Position numbers and translations under genes: made by a program
Part shown: positions 12,692-24,392 of the stretch, in pieces
How the letters are laid out: each line of letters begins with the position of its first letter
Numbering within the stretch: the stretch's first letter is position 1
The notes under the pieces: generated by a model
What the model saw: the letters and a program-made list of their open reading frames with translations, nothing else
What the model was told of the DNA's origin: nothing
Databases searched by the model: none
DNA from: Octopus bimaculoides
Lineage: Eukaryota
Assembly: GCF_001194135.2 (NCBI RefSeq)
Contig: NC_068983.1
Span: 70,250,074-70,306,552 of the forward strand
Length of the DNA stretch: 56,479 bases
Direction: 5' to 3'

Positions 12692-14246
12692 GTATGTTTT
12701 TCATTTATTAATATTATTTCAAATAAATGTAAGAAATTGTTCATTATGAATGGTTATGTTTTACACAGATCTGAACAAAATTATTTTCTTTCAGGATTAC
12801 TGTATTAAAAGATAGTTCTTTTTATCACTAAAGGATTCTGGAATATTAGTCTTTAGATATTTTGAACTATTAAACATTTTTGATATTTGCAAAATTTTAC
12901 ATGTGTTGCAAGATGGTGACATCAGAAGTGGCAGGAAGCTGTCAAAATTTATTTACATTGGTAGTAGCATCAATGTAAAAGGAAAATCATATGTACAAAA
13001 TATCAATCAAATGTACAAACAGAGTTTTGATCTTGGACATGTACAAGAGAAGACACAAAAAGGACAGTGAAGAATAAGAAAAAATGAGAAGTAATGACAA
13101 CACAAACTGCAATTTTCTAATATTGTGGAACAAAAGGAGTAACTAGACTTGAGCTAGCTCAAGGAAAAAGTGATGGAACAGGCAAAGTATATCACAAAAG
13201 ACAGGACTCTTTTGCATGACAAATTTATCCATGAAAGGGTGATAAGAAAGGTGACAAAGTCTTATATTTAAAAAAGACAAGAGAAAGCTTCGATGTGCCT
13301 TTAGTGAAAGAGTTAGATGAGACATTGGCCAATATGTGGTAGAACATATTCTCCATCAATCAGAGAGGGCATATGATAGGATGTACCTGGGTTTTAAGCC
13401 TGAGAATGACATAAGGATACAGCTGCAGTTGGTTCCTTATCTGCCTGCTCAGAGGTTGATCCCTCAGTACATGAAACAGAGAAACACTAGAATCATAGTC
13501 AGAAATGTCAGCATAGATGTCAACTCTTGTCATAATCTTTGTGTAACAAATAGATATATGATGAACATAGAGATGAGCCATAACAATATGTGGTCAGATA
13601 CTGTCTATATGGGTGTTCAGATTTTAATGACCAATTAAGATCACAAAGCCATCTCCAAATTCTACCTTATTAAGGGAGAGGTAAGATGACCAATCAGATT
13701 ATTGGGGTAAAGCAGAAGACACATGTGGTAATAAAAGCTACTTGATGACTTTCTACCCATAAGAAGTTGAAGGACAGTAAATAGTAGCCAAGGTGTCAGC
13801 AACAATGACATTAGGCTCCATAAGTGAAGACTGTTGCTCCTATTGTTTCCATAGAACTACCAACCACAGTTCCAGTAATGTCCAAAGTGGAAGCAAGAAA
13901 AATTACCATGTCCTCAGTGCCAACAACACCAGGGGTCAATAATGACTGAAAAGCTTATGAATTTTCTCCTCCCATACAGGATTTGTCAGAGACTACAGCT
14001 AGCAGTACCACACTTGAAGTGATTGGAAGGAGGTAGAGCCTCGTGAGGGTGGAAAAGTACATATAAAAGAAAAAGGGAGCTGAAAAGGAAGGAGCTCAGA
14101 CATATGGTAGGCAAGAAACAGAAGAGCTTATGAGGGGATTCCTTCCTCCAATGATTGCCTGAACTTTATCTTACTCTAACTGGATTACTGCTGCCTATCT
14201 CACTTAATGCTAACCCTAACAGAAGAATAACTCAAATACTGTGCTG

Positions 14247-15062
14247 GGATCTTTATGGTTTGACGGCCAACACTTGTTTTCTTAACAAAACACTTTCAAA
14301 CTTGGGATACTGGTAGAATGTGTCATATAAAACATCTTTTTCTCTTAGCCTTCTTAACAAAAATTACTTCTTAATAAGTTATTTCATGTTAAAGTTGTCA
14401 TATTTCTGTAATTTCAACCAATCACTGATGTCTATTCAGCTGAATACAGTTAGTGCTGTCTGGTGTCAAGTGTGTTATTCCCTGTTTAATTATATCATTA
14501 TTCCCTAGTAAGGGTTTAGGGTTGGGGTTAGGGTTAGGGTTATGGTTATGAGTTATAGGGTTAGGGTTAAGGTTATGGCAAAAATAATCATAACCCTAAC
14601 CNNNNNNNNNNNNNNNNNNNNNNNNNNNNNNNNNNNNNNNNNNNNNNNNNNNNNNNNNNNNNNNNNNNNNNNNNNNNNNTAACCCTAAAACCCTAAAGCT
14701 AAAACCAGTACAAATGCACGAACGATGTCATAAATAACAGTGACAAACGAAATATATACCGCTGATAGTTGTTGTTGACAACGGATAGTTTTTGTTGACA
14801 AACAATGGCACTAATTTTATTCAAGGGAAAAGATCCCCTGACACCGTTGTTTACATTCCACAGTGTAATTGTTTTCACCTCAATAGACGTCAGTGATTGG
14901 TTGAAATTACCGAAATACGACAATTTTTTACATGAAATAACTTCGAATACAAAATTTTTATCTGTTCTATAACACAAAATATACAAGTATTAGAAGTTTG
15001 AAAGTGTTTCGGTACCAAAAACACTACATAAAAAAAAGTTGGCCGTCAAACCATAAAGATCC
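14247..15062. mobile_element. Non-autonomous TIR element (possibly Merlin-like) with internal telomere-like repeats
   Basis: Perfect 25-bp TIR GGATCTTTATGGTTTGACGGCCAAC and its reverse complement. 8-bp TSD CTGTGCTG at 14239-14246 and 15063-15070. Imperfect subterminal inverted arms. The superfamily call rests only on GG termini plus an 8-bp TSD. Confidence 0.85.
14510..14708. repeat. Degenerate interstitial (TTAGGG)n followed by (CCCTAA)n
   Basis: gggtttagggttggggttagggttagggtt... then taaccctaacc [gap] taaccctaaaaccctaaa. Confidence 0.8.
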
Positions 15063-15774
15063 CTGTGCTGATTGAGAATTTGTGGGATGAATAACAGAAT
15101 CTCTTCAATGACAAATGGTTGACAAAGACTACATCAATGGTCATTCAACAGCTGAGAAATTATGTATTAGTGACGGGTGACCCTTCATGACTTGGCTAAG
15201 AATAAAATTGTCTTTGAGCAAATTTGGAAAATCCATTTTGTGGTAATGATCAAAATGGTTAGTGGTCAGAGTCATGGGGTGCTCTGTGTGGAGGGGTTGC
15301 TCTTATTTGTATTTATTTGTATTTGTACATGTTTTTTATTATATGTACAGGCTCTTGTGGTTAGTAAATAAAAGTTTATTATTATTGTTGCTGTTCCTGT
15401 TGTTGTTCTGTATTCACACAACAGTGATTTTAGTGATCCTGCTCATTTTATTCACTGAATATCAGTTTGTTACCTGTGTCTTCAGATATTCAATTTATAT
15501 CTTAAGATTTTAGATTCACCAAGGAGACATGCTTTCTGTAATATCACAAAGATATTTACATTGTAATTAGTGACCCTATTATGATAGGAATTACTCTTAA
15601 TTTCCTGCAGTTCCAAAACTTCTCCACCTTTAATTCTTGGTATCTATCTATTTTCACATTGTCTGATTTCTTTACCTTGGCTTCAAGCAGGTTATTTCTA
15701 TTAGCATACAGGTTCTAAAGTTTTACTTTATTGTAACAGTATCTGACCTTAAGTTTTCTAATCTCTTGTCTGCC

Positions 15775-15930
15775 TGGATTTTCATCGTCATCATCTTCAG
15801 CAGCAGCAACATCAGCAGAATTTAACATCCATTTTCCATGCTGGCATGGGTTAAACTGTTTGACAGGATCTGATGGACCAAAGGACTGCATTGTGCTCCA
15901 CTGTCTGCTTTGGTATGGTTTCTTCAGTGT
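15775..15930 (-). repeat. Retroposon 3' tail fragment
   Basis: catcatc...tttaacatccattttccatgctggcatgggtt is the reverse complement of the (GAT)n-tailed family. Confidence 0.6.
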
Positions 15931-17820
15931 TGACCAAATAAATAGTTTATTAGTTTGTGAAATGAGCTATAATTTCAGTCTGTTAGATTGAGCAATTACC
16001 CTCTTAAAATTGGAAGGGTACATTGTTTAATGCAATATTTAATACATCAGGCTAGAAGAAATGTCAGAATGTCTGTACATTCAGACTTATTAAAAAACAA
16101 CAACTTAGGTTCTTTGATATTTCGACTTATTTAACTTGTATTTATTTAATTACTTTTTGAAATATGGAAAGCTAAACCAGACTTCTTTAAGATTCAAACT
16201 CAGAAGAAGTGGTATCAAAGAGACTAACAGTTATAAATCTACTGTCCGATGTTTGTTTTATTTCAATCTGAGGAAGAAGAGCAACAGCTATGATCTTTTA
16301 TCAGAAATGTGTCAGTGTGTATTTATTGATGGCTTTCATATATTTTTTTAGACATTTGGGTCCCATTGAAGACACTCATATTTATTTAGATATATAGAGA
16401 AAAGAAAATGGTTTCTTTGCTAAACTTATGGCTTGAGATCAGAACTGGAAGTTGTCATTACATTCTGCAATCTATACAATGGCTTCACTTCTTATATCAG
16501 TGAAATGTAATCCTTAATGGAAATCTGTTTGCAGCTATTATATTCAGCTCTTAAAGTTATTTTAACATCAAGTGTAAAGTAGTTCTAAGAGACTCCAAAC
16601 GCAGAACAAATGACAATATATTTCACTAATGGACCCTTTGGGCCAGTATCCTGGCATTCTACCGACTTGTGCAATGGCTCTTGATATTGTCTTCTCAAAA
16701 ATGTTGAAGAATAAGTCTTAGTAAAACTACAATCCTGGTGCAACACATTATTGTTATATGTAGTGTTAATATAGTATAGTATGTTAAAGCAGACTCATTT
16801 GAACACCGGGCAAAAGGCTTAGCAGCAATTTTGTCTTTCCTTATGATCTAAGTTCAAATTCTACCAAGGTTGACTTTGCTTTTCATCTTTTCAGGGTCAA
16901 TAAAATAAGTACCAGTTGAACACTGGGGTTAATGTAATTGACATACTCCTTCCACCTAAATTGCTGGCCTTGTGCCAAAATTTGGAAAGAATATTGCATA
17001 GTGTGTTGACTGGTATTATCAGGTCAATCTTGGTTAAGTAGACCTATGACCAAAGATATTCCATTTATGATCATCCCATCTTATTAGAGCATGATATATT
17101 ACATTATACAAAGTGCCCTTTTCGCAAGAAGACAAGGTTTGATTTCATTGAGATTTAGCTGCTGTTTGTAACAAATTTGGTAGCCAAATATATCTCCCAT
17201 GTTAGTATAATGGTTGTTATTTACCTCTTAGATCAGCTCTGATTAAGTTAACTATTGATCAAAGATGCTTAAGCTGTAGCCATTCTGTATATTCCTTCAA
17301 ACAGTTTTTTTAGAATTACATTTCTTGCAAGTCGAATGATCATGTAGAGAATTTCTTGTTGACTATTATTTTAGCATGGTATTTTGTGAGAACACAGTAA
17401 TGGAGTAGAAGGTTGCCAATGTGGTTCTTCATAGCAGTAGATTTGAATATATTTGTATGGTTCTCATAAAAATTAAAATCTGCCCTGCCTCAGTTTTATA
17501 TTATATAACCAAATAAAACATGAATATGACTAAGTTTGCTTTAACAAAACATAAATTCTGTATTTTAAGTAATGAGTCATAGAATCAATATTTTCTTCTG
17601 ATATAATCTATGTTTGAATGCTGCTGGGAGAGTTGAATGACTTATATTGACTCCTTTTCCATTACTCATTTCTGCAGTTTACTCAACTTTTCTAGATTAA
17701 AATAATATTTTTTCTCTCTTTATCTCATTATCACATTTTGAAATTATTGCTTCATAGATGCAAATTTACTTGTTTGTTTCAATATGATCCTTACTGTTCT
17801 TCTGTTTATTTGTTTTGTAG

Positions 17821-17895
17821 CCTGGTTGTGTAAATACTACTGAAGTAGATATCAAAAAGGCATGTCGAATGAACAGACATTCAAAAATGACAAGG
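17821..17895 (+). CDS. RGS7: R7-RGS internal coding exon
   Basis: ttgttttgtag|CCT ... AGG|gtaagt. Encodes PGCVNTTEVDIKKACRMNRHSKMTR; PGCVNTTEVDIKK is a hallmark R7-RGS motif. 75 bp, phase 0 to 0. Confidence 0.96.
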
Positions 17896-20270
17896 GTAAG
17901 TAACAAAACTATTTGCCATAAGATATATAAGAGATATACAGGTGATGGAGATGAATAAATGCATTTGACAATGATGAGTAAGTATGGAGATTGGAATGGG
18001 GAAAATGACTGAACAGAATTTGCTAAATGTAAACAGATCTGAGGAGATAATCTTGAGTAAATATCTTTGAAACAATTATGTAACTGAATTTATGAGATTA
18101 GCTTAATATTGAGAGCTGACAATTAATTTTGAATGAACAACATTAATGAGCTTTTAAATATACTAAAGCTGTGCTTTGCACTTTGACAGACATTGTGATT
18201 TATTAGGAATGAATGGATTAAAGTAGCTTGAAAATATCTATAATTTAAGTGAACAATGTAAGTTAAAAATCACAAATAAAAATATTGAATTACAAATTGC
18301 AATACAGACAATTGAATTACTATTCTAACTAAAATATTGTTTCTCTTTTTTTTTTTTTTTGCCTTGACTTGTCCTTTAAATAGTTTATTTATTCATTTGA
18401 AAGATAAAAACATTGCAATTTTAATATAGATCGTGCTTTGTGGGTTTAGACATTTATTTTCTATTTTGAAACTTTGAATTGAAAAAAAGCTCAGTTATCC
18501 TTTGAGATATGATTTAAAAGGAATGTACTTTATTAATTGGAATGAAATTTACCCTTTTTCTAATATCCCTCCTCTAATATGTATGCTATTTGCTTTTTTG
18601 AATACTTTGTTCTAACCTTTACAATTATAATTACTCCTTTTCTTTACTATTTTCATCTTTCAATTATCTAATTGTCTCTTGTTTTCTAACAATTTCCTAT
18701 ATTCCTTGACGATTACTTTATATTTAAGGCTCAGTGCATTGGCTGTAACCTCTCTCTCTCTTGTCATAATGGTTCTTTTCAAGGCTTCTGTATCTAAATG
18801 TATTTTTGATTTTTCACTTTTCAGAGCAGTCTTTTTTGACAGCATAGAATTAGGGAGCTCTATTGCTGTGCCAATTTAAAAATATCTACCAATGTATGTA
18901 AACATTTATTACAGTCATGTACTAATGGAAACTGCAGTGTGCTAGCAACCAGTCCACAGTTCAAGATAATAGCTAAGGACAGAAAAACAAAACAAGGTAA
19001 AAAGACACACTAGTACAGATCTAATTCACCTATGCTAGCATGCTAAAATGGACATTAAAGTAATATTGCTACTGCTGTTGACAAATTGTTGCTGTCCTGG
19101 TTGCTAGTTGCTATTTTGTACTGTTACTATTTTACCTAGCTAATACCTTACATCCACCACTACCATTACTACCACTGCCACCATTATTATCACACCTTAC
19201 CCCACAACAACCTTGTAGAAATATATAGATGAGAATGAGAATGGACAATGTCATCTGAGTAAAAACTTTCTTGAGTTGGTGGTTGATGGTAGCTAGTTCT
19301 ATGGTAAGCTGAAGAATACACAGAATGAGATACGATTTCATTTACAATAAGTTGTTGAAAAGTATTCTTCAACAAGAGAAGACTTGGTTGGAACCAATTC
19401 TATAAAGCTATGCTGCACATTCTAGCATGCAGAAACCTTTGAGTTGTGCAGCTGTACCCTAGTGGATGGGATAAACAAAGAGTAGATCTTGTATTTTAGT
19501 GAAGGTGGTTCCAATATAAAAATTGATTACTCTGAAACAGCAGTTGCACATACTGTAAAGCTTTCTATATTTAATTACTGCTTCTGAAATGCAGAGACCA
19601 TGGATAAATGCAACTTGTCCACTTTATGATAATCTAGATACCAATAACAATTTCAGCCACTAAACTAAACATTTGTGAATTGAGATCAAGGAATGTTTCA
19701 ATAATTAAGAATCTCTTGTAGAGAAGTTATGTCTGCATGTAAATTATGATATATCTTTAAGGTTCTTTGATTTTTGATAGTTTCAAATATAAATGAATAT
19801 GTTTGAACATTGCAAAAGCTAAACATATTATCTGATACTACCATGTTTAAAAGATTGGTTTCCATTACTGTGACAGCATATTCTTAGAAATAAAAGGTTC
19901 ATTTAATTGGCTACAAAGTAAGAAACCTAAAAGTAAGAAATGACTGAAGAATATATTATGAACCTATCAAATAATTACATTCAATAATTCTATTAAATAA
20001 CCAGTTGGAATTTTCTTAAGTGTTAAATTTGGTTTTGGTAAGCCTGCAAGTTTCCACTTTCTTTCCTTTATAATGTTGCTTATTAAAAAATTGCTTTCAA
20101 GGCTTTCAGATTTTTCCCTTCTCATTCACGTATTAATAACTCTTTACACAATATATATNNNNNNNNNNNNNNNNNNNNNNNNNNNNNNNNNNNNNNNNNN
20201 NNNNNNNNNNNNNNNNNNNNNNNNNNNNNNNNNNNNNNNNNNNNNNNNNNNNNNNNNNNNNNNNNNNNNN

Positions 20271-20313
<43 letters not shown>

Positions 20314-22171
20314 ATACTGTTATATTTTAAAATCAATGGGTTCCATTAATATTTTATACCTCTTATATTAATTTACACAAGAACTCTGGCTTTATTTTAA
20401 AATATACTGCAATTGCTAACCTTGTTTTCTAGCATTTGATTTTTACTAATTGTTGTTTTACTTGTTAATTCTATAACTTCCTACCATTCTAACTATTAAA
20501 AAAAACTTATATCATTTATTGGATCTGCTTTATAATTACTACTAACTATTACCTGTAATGTTTATGAAAGTGATACTTATACTTTACTTTATACATACTA
20601 ATTATTTTGGAGAACATTTTCTTTTCTTCTAAAATTTCTTTCATTTTTTTTATTTATTGTGATGCATCACTTTGAAAGTATTTCAAATTCTCTAAGAATG
20701 ACATTGTGTTAAGTAACAATGACCTTAAATTTTTTAGTTTGGACCATAAATAATATACATTTGCTTGTTTATAGTTTACTTCATATGCTAATGCATTCAA
20801 AATGTTGTTATTGTTTGGTGATAGGACATCATTATAACTTATAATTAGAGAAAGTAAATAAAAAATGCCATGTGTTTGCACTGATGTATGTGCATGTGGT
20901 CTCATGTAGGAATGATAAAAAAGTTCTTCAGTTAATATAATCTTCTCACAACACTTCATATTTGAAGTAAGAGAAATATATACCAATATAATAGAAATTT
21001 ATAACTTGAACCTCTCACACAGTTTTTAGAGAAGTGATGCCTTTGATCTATAATTTTTAATATTTTTTAATGTACAAAAAAGAAATAAAATAAAAATAAA
21101 ACAATTTTTTCTGTTAAGCACGAAATTATAGGAAGAAACCACTTAACTTTGTCATAGAGTTGCATAGTTTAAGTTTTAGAGCTATGAGGAAATATGTTTT
21201 TGATTAATATCACCTCTCCAATGTTTGAACACTTACAATATTATACTTTAAAACTTACATTACATGAATAAAAAGTGAAAGAAAACTTATTGAACGACTT
21301 ATCCATGAAACTAACTCATTTCATGCCTCAGGCTTTGTGTTATGTTTCCGAATTTTGGCATTATTTTCTCCCATTTTGAGGCATCAAAGTTATAATATTT
21401 CAGTTCTAAAATAATACTAAAATATATGTTTTGGTTTAAAGAAACTAGGACCCTTCTTGAAGTTTACACAAGTTACTTTTGTGGAGATGTATAGTATGGT
21501 AAAACAAGATATGATGTGACCTTAATTGCTAACTGCATTTCCAAGTGTCACAAGAAGAAATATGCTTGTTAATTTGCTATATCCATTTTCTACATTCAGT
21601 GGCACTTCTTCAAGTGGCAACAACTAAGATTCGTTTCACAATGCTGCATAGTGGCATTTGATGACTTAATATGTCTGCCTCTGGTTGATATTTCACCTCT
21701 TTGTCATTTCAGTTCCTCTTTATCTATTATTTATACAAACTTTATCCTGCTCTCATCACTTCTCTCTCAGAATTACTATCTTTAAACCCCAATTAACTCA
21801 TCAGTAGTATTAGTTACATCAGTTATAAAGATTCTGCATTATTTTCCAGAGAAGATAGAATTTTAACTTTATTATATTTGAGTGAGTGAAATATTTTTTT
21901 CTGAATCATCTGGTATACTGAGAAAAGTAGCCCATATTGAATTGTATGATACTGGCATGTACCTAAAGGTTTTGACATTTCTTGCTTTTACCACAGACTC
22001 TGCTTTGGCTTAGAACGATTCTTTATTTCTTTGAAAGAAAAAAAAATGTATTCACTAATCCATAATCTGGTTTCTTCCATTCAATTCTTAATTTTAACAT
22101 CTCCCCTTTCACAATTACTCTGAGTTGATTACGTTTGGGAGTTTGGGTTTTTCAGATACTCATAGAAATTT

Positions 22172-22362
22172 TACAGTTCTATATTTAAGAGGTGAGGAAT
22201 TATGTACATCATTTATATTATTTACAATTGACGGATATTTGTCCTCATTTTGTTTGTTGTTAACACAACGTTTCGGCTGATATACCCTCCAGCCTTCATC
22301 AGGTGTCTTGGGGAAATTTCGAACCTGAGTCTTCATTCCTAAGGTATTTTTAGATGTTGTTG

Positions 22363-22443
<81 letters not shown>

Positions 22444-22535
22444 TCACTGCCTGGAATCGAACTTGGAACCTTGGGATTAGTAGCCCACGCTCTTAACTTC
22501 AAGATTCCGAGTTTGATTCCAGGCAGTGACCTGAA

Positions 22536-22621
<86 letters not shown>

Positions 22622-22786
22622 GCAACAACAACAACATTGAAAAATACCTTAGGAATGAGAACCCAGGTTCAAAATTTCCCCAAGACACCTGATGAAGGCT
22701 GGAGGGTATATCAGCTGATATATTCTGTTAACAACAAACAAGATGAGGACAAATATCCGTCAATTGTAAATAATATAAATAATGTT
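22172..22786. mobile_element. Fold-back element copy B: inverted tRNA-head/(TAA)n/hammerhead arms, centre deleted
   Basis: Same left terminus (tacagttctatatttaagag...) and same right end point (...aataatgt) as copy A. TSD tcatagaaatttt at 22160-22172 and 22786-22798. The arms are reverse complements; the centre is lost at about 22497. Confidence 0.88.
22262..22307 (-). ncRNA. Minimal type I hammerhead ribozyme motif
   Basis: Minus strand reads GACAC CTGATGA A GGCTG gagggtatat CAGCC GAAA C GTT GTGTT. Stem I is GACAC/GUGUU, the cores CUGAUGA and GAAA are canonical, and stem II is 5 bp. Stem III is reduced to the palindrome AACGUU. Predicted cleavage after GUU. Activity is untested. Confidence 0.7.
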
Positions 22787-23412
22787 CATAGAAATTTTGT
22801 CAGCTATTGATATGCAGAGGAAAATACACTGGTAGTTTTTCTATGCCACCCTATTCAAAATGTTTGGTTGTGTATTTTTCCTGAAGCAGTTCTGCTAAAC
22901 TCCAATCAAATGGATAAAATGAAAACCTCAAATAGATTAATAATCAGCTGAATTAATTACTATTCTAGCAATAATTGACTTCAAAAATTTATCCATCTAA
23001 TCTAAGGGTTTCTTTTCTTTTGATTATCTAATTATTTTATGTTTATCATTAATAATCAGTTATGTTGGTGAAAGCATGTTATTGATTAAAAAATATTCAG
23101 GATTTAGCTTTTTTAATATTTTAATCATTAAATTTTAAAACATTTCCACTCATTCCATGAACTCTGAGCTCTTTGACAAATTTTCTATTGGTCCTACCTT
23201 CATTAAGAACTAGCATTTGTGGAATATTTATTGTCTTTCCCTTCTACAAATGTATGAAAGTAGATTCTCTCAAGACATCTACAGGAATGATGGAGATTAT
23301 CAAATTTTTTCTTGATTTTAAGCTTCAATGAATTTGTTGATATATATATATATATATGCATGAAATTGAAGATATAAAACGGCCACAATTTACCCATCGC
23401 ACTCTGTATGTG

Positions 23413-23466
<54 letters not shown>

Positions 23467-24341
23467 CAGAGTGCAATGGGTAAATTGTCGCCATTTTATA
23501 TCTTCAATTTCATGCATGCACATTGGTTGTTTTTGAATTTGTCAACTACACAGTATAGTAGGGTCAGTTGGGCATTGTATGTGAGAAAAACAGCACCATG
23601 ATGCAATTCACTCTGCCAGAAATTTGGAAATGCCATGCTGTACTGCTTGGCATTAACACCAGAAGCTCCAATATGAACATTGCAAAGTGTTTGGGTGTTA
23701 ATCTGAGGACATGTACCAAGAATGATAAAAATCAAACGTCCAGTCAACATCATAGTGTTTGGTGTGATCACTAGTGATGGCAACATTATGTCTCCATTCA
23801 TCTTCCCATACGGCCTCAGACTCAACATGGAGGCCTACATCACGTGCCTGGAGGAGATAGTGCTGCCCTGGGTGAAGAGGGTGGCTGCTGGAAGACCCTA
23901 TGTCTGGCAACACGACTCTGCACCATGACACACAAGCAGGAGAACCCAGTCATAGCTGTCAGACAATTTCTATGACCACATCACCCCTAACATCTGGCAC
24001 CTAACTCCCCAGACTGCAATCCCCTTGGTTATTGTTATTATGTGTGGGGTGCAATTGAGCGAGAGACCAACAAAACTCTTTGTAACACCAAAGATGAACT
24101 GAAGGCAAGGATTATGGCAACATTCACTGACTTAAAGAAGGAGACAGTCCAGAAAAGTTGTAGGAGATTCTGAAGTCATCTGGAGGCCGTAGTGGAAGCC
24201 AATGGCAATTTTATTGAATAAATTTATTCTTTAGTATTTCAAGATTGTTTTCATGTAATTTTGGTAAATATATCTGTTAAAATGAGATAACAGTGTTATT
24301 TGTATTTTGCATAATTTAGACAACAGTTTATTCTCCACACC

Positions 24342-24344
<3 letters not shown>
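23467..24344 (+). mobile_element. Tc1/mariner maT-type (DD37D) transposon, internally deleted
   Basis: TA-flanked termini CAGAGTG... and ...CACCCTG, inserted in (TA)n. Imperfect TIRs of about 26 bp. Transposase remnant inside. Confidence 0.88.
23598..24221 (+). pseudogene. maT/DD37D transposase remnant
   Basis: A short N-terminus is joined directly to the catalytic half: VFGVITSDG...RPYVWQHDSAP*H...PNSPDCNPL..YVWGAIE...LEAVVEANGNFIE*. Contains stops, frameshifts and a large internal deletion. Confidence 0.88.

Positions 24345-24392
<48 letters not shown>

Noticed and set aside
13336-13638. 100-aa ORF within a mildly GC-richer block (about 12904-14200) beginning TGTTGCA, a possible LTR or decayed TE
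   Set aside because: No recognisable domain in either strand, no second LTR, no PBS/PPT and no TSD found.
14510-14708. True telomere or chromosome fusion site
   Set aside because: The repeats are short, degenerate and enclosed by TIRs and a TSD, so the symmetry comes from the element.
18660-18845. Lys-rich minus-strand ORF resembling a LINE inter-domain region
   Set aside because: No diagnostic motif; the composition alone explains it.
22350-22692. Two 112-aa ORFs on opposite strands (poly-L/V/T/N)
   Set aside because: Translations of the trinucleotide tracts inside the fold-back element.
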